This document shows positions 48,420 through 61,379 of a stretch of DNA of 64,000 bases, one piece after another. The position numbers and the translations under genes were made by a program. The DNA comes from Laetmonice hystrix (Eukaryota), in NCBI GenBank assembly GCA_965235115.1, contig OZ249436.1:31746001-31810000 (forward strand), read 5' to 3'. The notes under the pieces were generated by a model. The model was not told where the DNA came from. It did not search any database and saw nothing but the letters and a program-made list of their open reading frames with translations. Position 1 is the first letter of the stretch. Each line of letters starts with the position of its first letter.

Positions 48420-50393
48420 ATGGCAAAAGACAGTGTGAACAATGACAAGGCTTTATGCCTGTCGCATACGTACCAACTGCTGCTGGGTGCTGGAAAGGCA
48501 GCACTCTTCCCCTTCCTTACCATCTATTTCCGCATGCTGGGATTATCTGCCACCCAAACCAGTCTTGTTTTTGGGGCCAAGGCCTTCATGTCTGTCGTGT
48601 GTGGACCTACATGGACATCTTGCGCAAAGAGATTCAACAAGAAGAAACTTGTAATGGTCTTTGCAATGTTCACAATGTTGGCTAGTAGTTTACTACTGGC
48701 ACTGGTCCCTCCAGCAGATGAAAATTTGCAGCTGGCATACTGTTCTGCAGTGATGAAGAATGGATCGGTAGACCTGCTCAAAAGCAAAGGAGGCATGCCC
48801 AACAGTCAGACTCAGAGTGACCTCAATGCCACAAAACTGGCAGATAAAATGAAGGGGTCCCCAGCTGTTACCTTGGCAGATGTCTCAGTTAGTATCACTC
48901 CAAAGACTTTGCAGATTCCAAGTACAACAAGCGCAACAGTTATAATACCTGAATCCACCAATTCTATGCTGATAAAAAGAACAACGACCAGTGAGACAAG
49001 AACCACTCGCACTGTTGAGCCGTCTATGCAAAAAACCAAGAAACCCAATGTGGATAACGGAGCAGACAGTAGGTCTGTAAAAGTAGATGAAAATAGTTCC
49101 AGTCACAGTTCTCTTATAAATGACTGTGACACTGATAGTGCATTGGTACTAAATTGCTTAGGTCCAAAGCAGTTGAATCAGCTCAAATCTTTTGGTATTA
49201 ACAAGGACTCTCTTCAAGGAGTTACTCTCGGACAGCTAGAAGAGATTTTGAATCAGGCGAACAATGCAGTATCCGAAAAAAGAAATCCAAAAAAACGAAA
49301 TGCCATTGAGAAAATACAGTCCAAGTGGTCCGAATTAACACGACATTTTGATCTTGTTGGATACGAAACTTTTATGTTTATACTTACATTGGTTATTGTA
49401 GGTGAACTTTTCTCGGCCTCTCATGATAAGCTAGCTGATGATTGCTGGTTTGAGTACCTTGACATCACTGATGACTTGGAACACTACGGCCAGCATCAGA
49501 TATGGAAAACAGTTGGTTTTGTGTTGATGCCAACTGTTGTCACGGCCATTGTTGATCACACAGATTGCATGCTTCCCTTTGGCATAAATCACTTCACAAT
49601 TCATTTCTTCACATTTGCTGGCTTTGCTTCCATTGCCTTTATGATGGTCTTCTGCTATCCAGTTAGTCAGCATAAGCAGACTGCCAAGAAATCACGTCTC
49701 TTAAAAGGGATCAAGCTGCTCTGTTCTGATTTGCATGCAGTAGGTTTCACCATCTCTGTAATGCTAATGGGTGCTGCATCGGCTGTCATCTCAAACTTCC
49801 TCTTCTGGAAACTTCAAGACCTCGGCAGCATGGAAATTGTGATGGGCACTGCCGTGGCTGCGTCAGCCGGTTCAGAGTTTGTCATGCTTCTCATTGGAAA
49901 GGGTTTAGTGAAGAAAATTACCTCCATTGGAGCAGTTACACTGGGTCTACTCTTTCTGGGTGGGCGACTCCTCCTGTATTCGTTCTTGTGGACCCCTTGG
50001 ATGGTCATAGTTGGTGAGGTTTTTCAGGGCTTTAGTGTTACTATGGTGTGGATAGCTGTACAGACGTACCCTGACTTCAGGATCAATCCGTATGTGATGG
50101 ACCGCAGTGCCTTCACTGTCCTCAATGCGCTGAACTATGGTGTTGGCTTTGGGGGAGCCAGCATGGTGGCGGGGCTTGTCTATGACAGGTTTGGTTATGC
50201 GATCTTAAACCAAGGCATGAGCGTTATAGTGTTTACATGGGCTGTGGTCTTCTTTGTCATACAGAGGACTGTCAAGAAAAATGAGAAGGTCAGATATGCA
50301 AAACTTCTTCAGGATGAGAATGCTTATGACAGTGATGATTCGGTTGTCTATGAAGATGACTGGCTGGAAGTGGCTATGAAACGTGAACGGTGA
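48420..50393 (+). CDS. MFSD6L: Major facilitator superfamily domain-containing protein 6-like, 657 aa, single coding exon
   Basis: N-terminal PFLTIYFRMLGLSA motif, a long S/T-rich loop, multiple TM helices and FLFWKLQDLGS. The C-terminus KVRYAKLL...DDWLEVAMKRE resembles the MFSD6L KYSKLL...DWLVKAMREE tail. A splice acceptor lies 35 nt upstream of the ATG. Confidence 0.9.
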   Translation: MAKDSVNNDKALCLSHTYQLLLGAGKAALFPFLTIYFRMLGLSATQTSLVFGAKAFMSVVCGPTWTSCAKRFNKKKLVMVFAMFTMLASSLLLALVPPADENLQLAYCSAVMKNGSVDLLKSKGGMPNSQTQSDLNATKLADKMKGSPAVTLADVSVSITPKTLQIPSTTSATVIIPESTNSMLIKRTTTSETRTTRTVEPSMQKTKKPNVDNGADSRSVKVDENSSSHSSLINDCDTDSALVLNCLGPKQLNQLKSFGINKDSLQGVTLGQLEEILNQANNAVSEKRNPKKRNAIEKIQSKWSELTRHFDLVGYETFMFILTLVIVGELFSASHDKLADDCWFEYLDITDDLEHYGQHQIWKTVGFVLMPTVVTAIVDHTDCMLPFGINHFTIHFFTFAGFASIAFMMVFCYPVSQHKQTAKKSRLLKGIKLLCSDLHAVGFTISVMLMGAASAVISNFLFWKLQDLGSMEIVMGTAVAASAGSEFVMLLIGKGLVKKITSIGAVTLGLLFLGGRLLLYSFLWTPWMVIVGEVFQGFSVTMVWIAVQTYPDFRINPYVMDRSAFTVLNALNYGVGFGGASMVAGLVYDRFGYAILNQGMSVIVFTWAVVFFVIQRTVKKNEKVRYAKLLQDENAYDSDDSVVYEDDWLEVAMKRER

Positions 50394-53300
50394 TCGCATT
50401 GTAATTTGCATCTATAAGACAAAAAAAAAGATGATCTAATAATGTACATGTATAGTATTTTTACTGTTCACTTTTGCCTGAATGAGGCATCAAAGGAGTT
50501 ATGTTGTTGAACTGATATTGGGACATGAAACACGTGGATGGGACTTGTTAGACTAATACATTATGTAAATTTTCAGAATCTTCTGAGAATGATATGTAAG
50601 GGAAAGATTTGGCAGAAGATTCATTCGCATTACACCAGTTTGATTACCATTGCTTGCTGCTGCTGGTAACAAATTGTTGAAATCTGTTACCATTTGGGCA
50701 GGCCAATATCCCCCCCCTGCCCAAATTTAAGAGTTGCCCCCTTCCTCGCCCCCCCCCCCCCCACCAGGTTTTGGCGCTTTTGATATGGCTAGAGCCCAGA
50801 CCTGATTGTTGTACACATATTATACTGACCACAGTCCATTGGCTTCCTTGATATTATAAATACCCAGTGATCATGTAATGATGGAATCTACAGTTACACA
50901 CAAAGATTACAGTGTAAGCTAACGAGGTGTCATGAGGGGGGTATCAGTAGTAGCATGGGAATAATTCCTTGATAAAAACCTGAATATATTTAAAAAAAAT
51001 TACATTGTGTTACTGCTGTATCATTTTATTACATGCATAATTCAAACAGTTGGAATATGAAATTGCAAGTGCCTTCCTAACTGTGTTGCAGTTAATTGAT
51101 GTTTTCATAATTTGTAAACATCAAGTCACTTATAAATATTGTGATTGTAATTACTGCAATACTGGCAACCTGCGATGGATTCATGATTCTGTCAGGTCAT
51201 ATTGGTTGTGTAGTTTCATAATTTTCTTCATGTGTAAAGCACCTGCGATGGGTGAAAATGTATTATTGTTAATTAGGTTGTTGTAGAATCCATTTCCTTT
51301 AAAGGAAACAAAATATATGTATAAATGCCTGTTCCATCAATCGGTTAAATCAGCCTTGGAGGTTAGAAGAAAATTGTAGGTCTGAACTTATTGTGGACTG
51401 TTGAACCCGACACCTTTCCCATGGTTTTATGTTGTAACATGGGATAATTGCACTAGCAAGTCATTCAAGTTGCCCTGCCTTATCTATGTAGAACATTTAT
51501 TTTTTCAAAATGTATCGCACTGTCTTGTTGGTTTATGGTATTTCTGAAATTGTGATATGACTATCATTTCAAAGGCTGAGTTTATTAATTTAATATTTTT
51601 GTTATATGCCAGTGTACATACATGTATCTAAAAAGGGGTTCAGCTTAGAAGTTCTTGACCCAGTTGGAAAAAGATTGGTCGACCTTGACCGGCCCTGTTA
51701 CACAGGGAATGCTGGGAAAATGCCCAGTACTATTTCATCAACATACACATGTAGTACTGCAATTAAGAAGGCGTAGTTTTTCGTGCAGGAAGGTTATTCG
51801 TTGGTGTCTGAAGTGAATTTGATACTAGTAATCAGTCATCCAGAAGTTGAAACAGTTCCTTGCTTAAAATTAAGTCATCCTCGAGGTACCAAATGAAAGG
51901 AATTTAGGAAAGGAATACCCCGGTATATTATGTAAGCACTTCTCTGGCCCCCCTGTATAACATTCAATATGCCGTTATAATGAGGGATAGTTAACTAAAA
52001 TTATTATTGTTAGTTGTAAGGTGACAGCATATATTGTTATATCATGTTTGAATGTATTCATTAACTCGTCTTCCAACTTCTGCATTGGTTGCTAACAATG
52101 AGCTTTGTTTGCTTTGGAAATCTGAAATATTGTGATGTTACAACCTATGCAATGTTGGTTCGCCTTGTACACCGCATACGGTATACTGTATGAGAGGACC
52201 ACTCGCTGATGACAAAGCAGTTGTTGCAGAGTGTGAGGCCCATGTTGGGACGCACTCAGAAGTCATACAGAGCAGCACCAGGATCAACATCACTTGAATT
52301 CTGTACAAAGAAGCTTTAACAATACGTCGTGTAAAATGGATAACCAAACTATGCATCCGTATGTACACCAGGCCGTCATTGTAGCCTTACAGTAAACCAC
52401 AGGTGGACGGCTGGATAGAGTAGGATATGATCCTTTTGTCTTTTGGCTTACTAACAGTCAAACCATTGTCTTCCCATTAATATAAATGAGGAGCTTTTCT
52501 TGTGATTGTCACTTGTTTTAAGACGGAATGAATATTGCGCATATATGCCATCCATGATATGGGTGATAGCCCAAGGAACTAACCGATTCCAACACTCAAT
52601 TCACTGGACAAGAATGTCTCGAAAATGTTTCTGTGTTAACTTGGGGTCGTTGGAATGTTGATTTTCATATATTAGCATAATGCCATGGCAAGTACAAAGG
52701 AAGTTATAGACACATAGACCTTATTCTCCTTGCAGGTCAAGTTGAATCATTTAAATGTGAAAGAATAATATAGGGTATCAAGTTGTTATTATAGCATTGC
52801 TGACCCCAAGTTGTCTTCATATTCTAGTCGAGGTGCATGAAAACAAACGTCTACACCTCAGATGCCTTGCCCTTACTTACTGTATACCGTACATTCGCTA
52901 CCAATATCCAGAATTATTGATGTTATGTACTTTGATGCGATTGGGAATATTTAAGATGAAGATATATGAACAAGTTGGAAATCTAGATCGCTTTTCGACC
53001 ATTCAGTATATAAGGTAGCATATTAACTTATTTTTACGTCATTTTGTTTTATATTATTAACCGGTTGCGGTAAGTACCTTCAGGTTCCATGTTCTTGCAA
53101 AGAAGAAACAAAATTTTGCAAGAACCACCTGAACGGAATTGGCAACTTGGTTGTTTTTGCCTGCTGTCTATTTTTGCACCACAATTAATTTCTGCACCAC
53201 AAGCAAAAAAGAAAAGGTTGGCCCTCTTCTAACATTCCGTTTGTAAGGTCAATGAATTACGGTCTATTTTGTTTCCTTTTGCTAAAAAGCTTTAAAGAAT

Positions 53301-54443
53301 ATACCTTTCGCCCTTTGGCCAGTATTTTGCACTCAGTATTAAGTTGATATCTATGACTTCAAGACACCATCCTATAATGTCATCTTCAAGTCACTAATCA
53401 GGGCTGGAACGGAAAAAGGGTCAGGGGTCACCCTTCTACTATAGACCACTTGGATTCCGAATTCGGCACAGGGACTAGAGGTTACTTGTACATTTTGGAA
53501 CATGCCTCGGAACATTCCAAGTGCGCGGCACGACTTTGTTTGTCGGAAAGACTGTCACTATTCTTTTTGTATTGTGGCAGCAACTTCAGTGTGTTTATAT
53601 GACCGTAGCACTTAGGTTATTGGTTCAGTAGATGGGAAGAATTTTTCTAAAGTGTGTTCATTTAATGAAGATTGAATTTTGTGATTCGTGGATTGTGGCA
53701 GGTTCCCGTACAGGTCTGGTGTGAAAAATGAAGTGTACCGGTACCCAACAAAGTACAAGTGTATTTGGTTTTGTGAAATATCAAATACCCAACAAAGTAC
53801 AAGTGTACATATGTATTGGGTTTTGTGAAAAGACGCAGTAGTAATGACATGGGGCTAGAGGTCAGAGATTGAATAACAATGAATATATCCACAACGATAC
53901 GTTAACGGTGGCGTTTCCAGACCCAGAATAACAGTTTATAAGGCAAGCGCAGCTGTGTAACTTCCAAATGTCTCGTACATATAGCAGAATACTATTCTTT
54001 AACCAGAGAACCCGATAGACACTTAAGCGAACTCCATTCAGTTTTACAATGAATTTAGTGATCAATGTGCCTTGAGTATCTAACGTGAAAGTGCCCTATG
54101 GCTACATTATGCTGCCAGCCTATGAAATCCAGGTGCTATCGATGCACAATCACTTGCAGTGTGCCTTTTCGTTGATCTTTTCAATGATGGCTTAGAGTTA
54201 ATGGTATAAAGTTTCTTACGATTTATGTATACACCTTCATTATAACTTACTTTCATCATTCCCAATGTTAACTGTTGCATTTTACTTCCATTGATTTAGG
54301 ATGTTACTTACTTTATTTGAAAGTCCCATCGGACTGCCTGCGCGTGGCTGTTGATTAAAGTGATTGTAAAATCGAATTTTTTGTTTGAGATTATTATTTC
54401 TAATGGACTTCCCCGCATCAGGAAGTGTAGTAAAATGATACGT

Positions 54444-55722
54444 TGATGTGGCACAGTACAGTATGGCGGGGTTCATGTAGATGTAGATGTGGCACAATAC
54501 AGTATGACGGGGTTCATGTATTTGTGGATGTGGCACAGTATACAGTAGGACGTGGTTCATGTATCTGTAGATGTGACACAGTACAGTATGACGGGGTTCA
54601 TGTATCTGTAGATGTGGCACAGTACAGTATGGCGGGGTTCATGTAGATGTGGCACAGTACAGTATGACGGGGTTCATGTATCTGTAGATGTGGCACAGTA
54701 CAGTATGACGGGGTTCATGTATCTGTAGATGTGACACAGTACAGTATGACGGGGTTCATGTATCTGTAGATGTGGCACAGTACAGTATGACGGGGTTCAT
54801 GTATCTGTAGATGTGGCACAGTACAGTATGACGGGGTTCATGTATCTGTAGATGTGGCACAGTACAGTATGACGGGGTTCATGTATCTGTAGATGTGACA
54901 CAGTACAGTATGGCGGGGTTCATGTAGATGTGGCACAGTACAGTATGACGGGGTTCATGTATCTGTAGATGTGGCACAGTACAGTATGGCGGGGTTCATG
55001 TAGATGTGACACAGTACAGTATGACGGGGTTCATGTATCTGTAGATGTGGCACAGTACAGTATGGCGGGGTTCATGTAGATGTGGCACAGTACAGTATGA
55101 CGGGGTTCATGTATCTGTAGATGTGGCACAGTACAGTATGACGGGGTTCATGTATCTGTAGATGTGACACAGTACAGTATGACGGGGTTCATGTATCTGT
55201 AGATGTGGCACAGTACAGTATGACGGGGTTCATGTATCTGTAGATGTGGCACAGTACAGTATGACGGGGTTCATGTACATGTATCTGTAGATGTGGCACA
55301 GTACAGTATGGCGGGGTTCATGTATCTGTAGATGTGACACAGTACAGTATGACGGGGTTCATGTATCTGTAGATGTGGCACAGTACAGTATGGCGGGGTT
55401 CATGTAGATGTGGCACAGTACAGTATGACGGGGTTCATGTATCTGTAGATGTGGCACAGTACAGTATGACGGGGTTCATGTAGATGTAGATGTGGCACAG
55501 TACAGTATGGCGGGGTTCATGTATCTGTAGATGTGACACAGTACAGTATGACGGGGTTCATGTATCTGTAGATGTGGCACAATACAGTATGGCGGGATTC
55601 ATGTAGATGTGGCACAGTACAGTATGACGGGGTTCATGTATCTAGATGTGGCACAGTACAGTATGACGGGGTTCATGTAGATGTAGATGTGGCACAGTAC
55701 CGTATGACGGGGTTTATGTATC
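54444..55722. repeat. 41/35-bp minisatellite, about 32 copies
   Basis: Unit GATGTGGCACAGTACAGTATGACGGGGTTCATGTATCTGTA (41 bp), interspersed with a 35-bp variant lacking TCTGTA. Confidence 0.98.
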
Positions 55723-56016
55723 CTGGAAAGTCATGGATTTTCAGATTAACCAATCGCACACCTGGACGTAATGAAAAAAACGGAATCCAAGAAGTCGTTA
55801 AAATATGATTCGTTTTCTTTGTTATTCAAAATCCTACTGCTTACCGAGTATCATCGAATTGTTGACCGTCCAATGGACTCCTTAAGCAAATATGCCTCAG
55901 TATCGATTATGTATATGGAAGTACGTGTAGGCTACATTCATTCAGGAGCGTTACAATAGAGAAAGATATCACTAAAGTGATTCATGTAGGAAATAATGGT
56001 GTCCCAGACCCCTCCC

Positions 56017-56410
56017 CAGGGGCGCCGGAAGCAAATTATTATTGGGGGGGCAAGAGAGCTGAAGCGAAAGTCATAGGCTACAACATGCTTAGTAAAGCAG
56101 GATCGGAGGCCCTCCCCAAGAAAATTTTAAAAACTACACACCTTAAAACGCTTTTCTACGCCATTTTGAGGCAGGATTTTTTATGTTTTGAAGGCGTAAA
56201 TGAATAAATTACAATGTATCATCAGGACAATCGACCCAGTCTTTGACGCACCCAAGTCATAGTTTCAACAGGCCTACTGTATGTGGAAAAACCTGCCTTT
56301 TTTTCATTCATGATCACAGATTATTGGGGGGGCGATGCCCCCCCAACCAGATTATTGAGGGGGCGGTCGCCCCCCCCCCTGCCCCCCCCCCCCCGCTTCT
56401 GGCGCCTATG
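56017..56410. mobile_element. hAT-type MITE (394 bp) with an 8-bp TSD
   Basis: TIRs CAGGGGCGCCGGAAGC and (reverse complement) CATAGGCGCCAGAAGC. CCCCTCCC is duplicated at 56009-56016 and 56411-56418. G/C-run subterminal motifs. Confidence 0.82.
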
Positions 56411-56743
56411 CCCCTCCCCACCTAGGTACTGCAACTGCATCATGGCAGATAGTCTTTATTCCATCATCAGTCGTTAAGACGTTGAGTAAGGTTAACTAGA
56501 ACTGTCTATATTCATGAATCATTTCATGCTGGAGATCCAGCGGACGGATGGGGCGGAGAAACTAGGTCACCAGTGAGACGGGGTGCTATATGTGGGGTCT
56601 ACCATTTCATAATTAATGTCGAACTCGGAGGCATCTATACAATTCAAGCGATGGGAGATGCGGGACCGCTATATTAAGCAAAGGGAAGGGGCCACAAGCT
56701 ATACTAATAGGCCCCGACAAATGTGGCGGCTTCTATCTCAATT

Positions 56744-59540
56744 CTAATACTTAAACACGGGCAATATAGCGTGCCACTTTGCCACTTCCAGACCATGTGG
56801 CACTGTAGTTTCCTGCCAATGGCCCGTTCCAAGTTTCGTCGAATCGGGACCGATCACCACGTGGCCTAAAACACTGTCCTTCGTATAAATCCTCCCTCGC
56901 ATGACCAGGAATTCTAGCGAGTATTGAGAAATATCTTCCTCTGGAATATCAAAGAGGAAAGGCTCGTTCCAGACAGGGCAGTCCCCCTTTTGCGGCTTGG
57001 TCTCCTTCTTGGCAATTTCCACTCCATTTCGTTGGAGACTGACAATTACCAAGTGATCTGGAAGAACAAGAATATGGACGACGAGGAAAAGGAGATAGAA
57101 TACGCAGACGACGACGGTTTTTTCAATTATATAGAAAATTCTATTTCATAAGTTCCTTTGTGAAAGTGGTATTTTACCTGGTTGTCCGGGAAGCTTGCCA
57201 CTGGCCGGTAGATTTGAGGCTCGACGAACCAATACTTTGATCCTCCCGGCCGGCGACTGATACTGTAAGAGGATGAAGAGGTTTCCAAGGTCGCGAAATA
57301 GACAGTTGGTAGAAGTGGATTTCTGGAAGGAATCATGATCATACAACAAGAAGGATTAATATAGGCCAAAATAGTATTGTCCAGGCCATGGACATCAACA
57401 GCAAATCGACATGCAGGTGCTTGAACCATTCACTGACTCGAGTCGGGGCACCACAAGCCTGTCCCGACTCGAGTACAGTACTGTCAGTGTGTGGTCGGTC
57501 GCTGCCCACACAGGGGCGCGAGACCAAGCGCTAACATGCATGTATGTGTCGGCCTATATAGTTGCTAACCGGCATTATCGTCAGCATTTAAATGAACCAG
57601 TGTGCCGTTTGCGACGCCAAGCTTATATATAGGCCCCCTGGTCATATTTTCTCTCACAAGAAAGAGTTATAGGTATACTGAATTTTGCATATATAATCGA
57701 ACATGGAGAAAAGAGGTTTTATGAAAGAGGGCCTCCGGCGAGGATGACCCGTGCATGCATGTAGTATGCTGAACATCGACGCCTTTTCGTGGGGACGATT
57801 GGCAGGGGGACACAATTGCCAGACTGCCAGAGAGACTGTTAGGGAGGCTCATAGTTGACGAAGTAGGTTCGGGTCCTTTCTATATTTGGCTACACTGCCC
57901 CTCCGAATTCACAAGTTAGAAAAACACCTAATATAGTCGTACCCCTAAAAACATAAGGAGGGATGGAAGAACAGGAACAGAGATACAATTTTGTGGTCGA
58001 AAATGCACAGCTAAGTAATAAGTATGCTCATATACTTGTATTTTTTTTGCATTTGGTTTCTGCTTATCATACAAAATTTGCTAATATACGGCCTCAATTC
58101 GCCGCTTCTCATAGAAACCGCACGCACCGGCGATAATTAATATGGGGATGAGGGCGATAATAATGGTATAATGACATTGCGACGAAAAGGAAAGTGGTTG
58201 AGCTATAGCCAGCCACAGCCGGAATAATTACATCGATGGTATCAAATGGATGAGCAAAGGGGACAAAGCACTAGCAACGTGGGCTTTTGTTAACGAAAAA
58301 TCATCGGTGGTGGATGGGGGCGGGGGGGGGGGGGGTATGGGGGGGGGGGGTATGGGGGGGGGGGTTAACCCACCTTACGAAGTAATTTTTCATTTTTTTC
58401 TGCTTGAAGGACCAAACATACACATCACCCCCCCCCCCCCCCCCCTTGCTGCCCTCCCGGTCCCGCCCCTGACTTAATCTGCTGTGTTATTATGATCTGT
58501 CGATCAATATGTCAAAAGACGCGGACAATTACTACAATTACCTTCCTCAGTCTGCGACCAATTTGCATGGTTTTCCTTACGGTGACTGTTGCCTCGATTG
58601 CGTCCAGTTCTGAGACCTTAACGAGCACCTCACCAAGTACAGAGCCCTTCTTCCCTTCCGAGGACGTGTGGGATACCGTCACCAGAAGTGTGCATTTGTG
58701 GAGACCCGCCTCACTTACGTCATTGAATGTCATTCTCTCCTCAAAATTTGGGTTGGAGCAAACTTTGCAGAGCGTACTTCTTTCCGATGTATTCGCCGGC
58801 AGGAGATCTATATTGACAAACGTGTACCCCCGACTTTGATCATTGAAAGGCAGACCAGTCACCTTTATATTTTCAACGAAAAGAGCTTGTGCCTTTCTCG
58901 AAAACCTCGTATCAAATTCAATTTTGGGTTCCAAATATTGAGTTATATCTGGTACAGATACTGATCGCTTTTGATGCCCTAGTCCTTTGCCTTTGTTCAA
59001 CAAAGTACTACATGAATTCATTTCGGCGCTGTGGCGTCTGGCGTCCCCATGGAGAGGAAGGCCTTCGGAAATCTGCTCCACGCGAGGTTGGAACAGTGTG
59101 GCCCCCGTGGAATGCATTCTAAGGAGTTTGGTTCTTGCCGTGCGTGGCGTACTTAAAGGACTCTCGGCGGAACTGAGGTTGGTATCACTGAAGCTGTATG
59201 CATCGCTGAAATAAAAAGTGTCTCCGAGGCGGTGCATTTCAGTGTTTTTCCCTGGTAGGTCATCGTACCCGTGGATGGCAAGGGTTGGATCGCTGCTATA
59301 GCCTGACATCATGGTGGTGACAATATCGATCCGCGGGTCCGTGCACTTAGGCATCCTAACGGCATCTTCCGAATAGGTGGATCTTGATTTTAGTAATGCG
59401 GACTGTTTAAGTGTTCCAAGTGTAACGGCAGAGCTGTCCCTAGAAATGCCATGGTATGCTTGGAAACAGTAGGTACATCCCACCAGCACAGTTACGACCA
59501 CAAGCAATATGACAACGCTGAAAAATAGCGCCAGCACCAT
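56744..59540 (-). CDS. Synaptotagmin-like protein (N-terminal TM plus C2A and C2B), about 485 aa, probably Ca2+-independent
   Basis: Exons 59540-58542, 57322-57178 and 57057-56744, all GT-AG with phases 0 and 1. TM VLALFFSVVILLVVVTVLVGC. C2A has NPNFEERMTF and VLGEV; C2B has LGNLFILLQY, PVWNEPFLFDIP and GTGHWQE..VAKWHAI. AATAAA on minus at 56460-56455. The N-terminus may extend via an acceptor near 59613. Confidence 0.88.
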
Positions 59541-60967
59541 CTCTTCCTTATATCGAATGACCGTTTGTGAAAGGAGCAGGTTCAGGTGCCCAAATTGGAT
59601 GTGAGCTGGGGCCTATAGCCAAAGCCTGCAGTCAAGTCCTCGTGAGAAAATGAAGTGATTTGATCTTTCATATGCGTTTTGCATGTCAGAAGCGTAGACC
59701 ATAAGATTTCAAATTCGTTCTCTGAGCTGTTACCTTCTTTTTGATTGACGTAGACCTATCCACCGTCGTTACAGTTTCGTTACAATCGCAGGCGTACGCC
59801 TATGGACACGCATGTGAAATGAACACTTTTGATACAAGAAATGGCGGTATTTGCTTATGACAATATCCATATCAATGGCGCTTTCTTGATTGAGATAAAC
59901 ATGTGAATACCTACACCTGGTGATGTGGAAATGCAACATTCGTACTTAGATAATGCTCATGGAAAGAGTAAACGTCTAGCCTCAGTAGGAGACTCAAGGT
60001 TAAAACAGGTCGAAGGTTCAGGCGAGGACAAATATATAGGCCTACAGTATTATCTAACATAAATTATATATCGTCCTATAATGTGGATCACCCCCCCCCC
60101 CCCGGCCCAATCCCCCATACTGACTTCTATTTGAGTTGGTTGTTTTATCAGTAGATTTCTCATGGATTGCTCTTGCCCCCCCCCCCCCCCCCCCCACACA
60201 CACACACCCACACGCACAACACACGTTCCCATGGTTGCATGTGTTGGGTGGGACACGTCTTGAAATCAATCTTAATCTTTTTAAAAATCCGAACTAAAGT
60301 TACATGAATTACTGTATATAGGCCTAAATATAGGATGATATCTGGTATAAAAGATCATTTTTCAGGACTAAAGGTCGATATAGGTAGAGTCTACGGAGCA
60401 AACAATTAGGCTATACATTATTTCGTTCCCTCGAAATCATTTCGAAGGAACAAAATATGACGTATTTTGTTCCCTCGGAATGATTCACATCTAAAATAAC
60501 ATATAACCCCCCCCCCCCCCCCATGTCCCCTTAGGCTTAGAGGTTCCGTAGATAGACCTAAATGACAAGTCTAAAATTGTGGGCTTTCCCCGATTTTATG
60601 CGGGCCACGGTCTCTCCGGAACCCCTAATATGGGCCTGATCAAATTTTATGCCTTTACATAGGGCCTATAGGCCTAAGTCTTTTGCGTTGGAGCGCCTGC
60701 CGTCGTTCAAGGCATGTAGGCCTAGGCCTATATTGCAATGCATGTAGCCTAATATGGGCTATAGGCCTAGTCGTCCACAGGGAGTCGTCCACCCCCCTGA
60801 CAACAAATCTTTCTTTTTCCTCCATAGAACTATTTCAATTCATTAGGCCCCCTATGCTATATCCCCCCCCCTTAGTAAATTGTACCCCTTACTCAAAACG
60901 AATTGATTAAATCAACCAATATAATATAGGCTAATATAATATAATTTAGGGGCCTAATATAACTATA

Positions 60968-61166
60968 ATGGCGTAGCTAGGGGGTCCAGGAACATGCTCC
61001 CCGGGCAAAATTTTAAAATTTGAGGTTATTTTGGTGACATTTTGGGACACAAAATAAGTTAGGCCTACTATCGTATGATTAAAAAGAAAGTGTGGGGGCA
61101 ACAGATATTTTAAAGCGGCCGGGGGGGCATGGCCCCCCCGGCCCCCCCCAGTTTCCTACGCCCCTG
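60968..61166. mobile_element. Remnant of a G/C-run hAT-like MITE
   Basis: The end GCCCCCCCGGCCCCCCCAGTTTCCTACGCCCCTG resembles the termini of the 56017-56410 element. Similar remnants occur at about 58302-58470 and from about 62630. Confidence 0.45.
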
Positions 61167-61379
61167 CTTAGCCCTAGGCCCCCTATAGGTAGCCTACCGT
61201 ACCCCTAGCTTATTAAAACGTGGGTGATTGTAACCATGTTTAAATATTTCCTAATTTTTAAAAACTTCTTTTCAAGCTCAAGGGTTCATTTGGTCAACCC
61301 TCTCGCCAGATAGCACCACTGGGTCTTCGTGGCAGAACGGGCCCCGGCGGGACTGCCTGGTTATCCATTATGATTGCCC

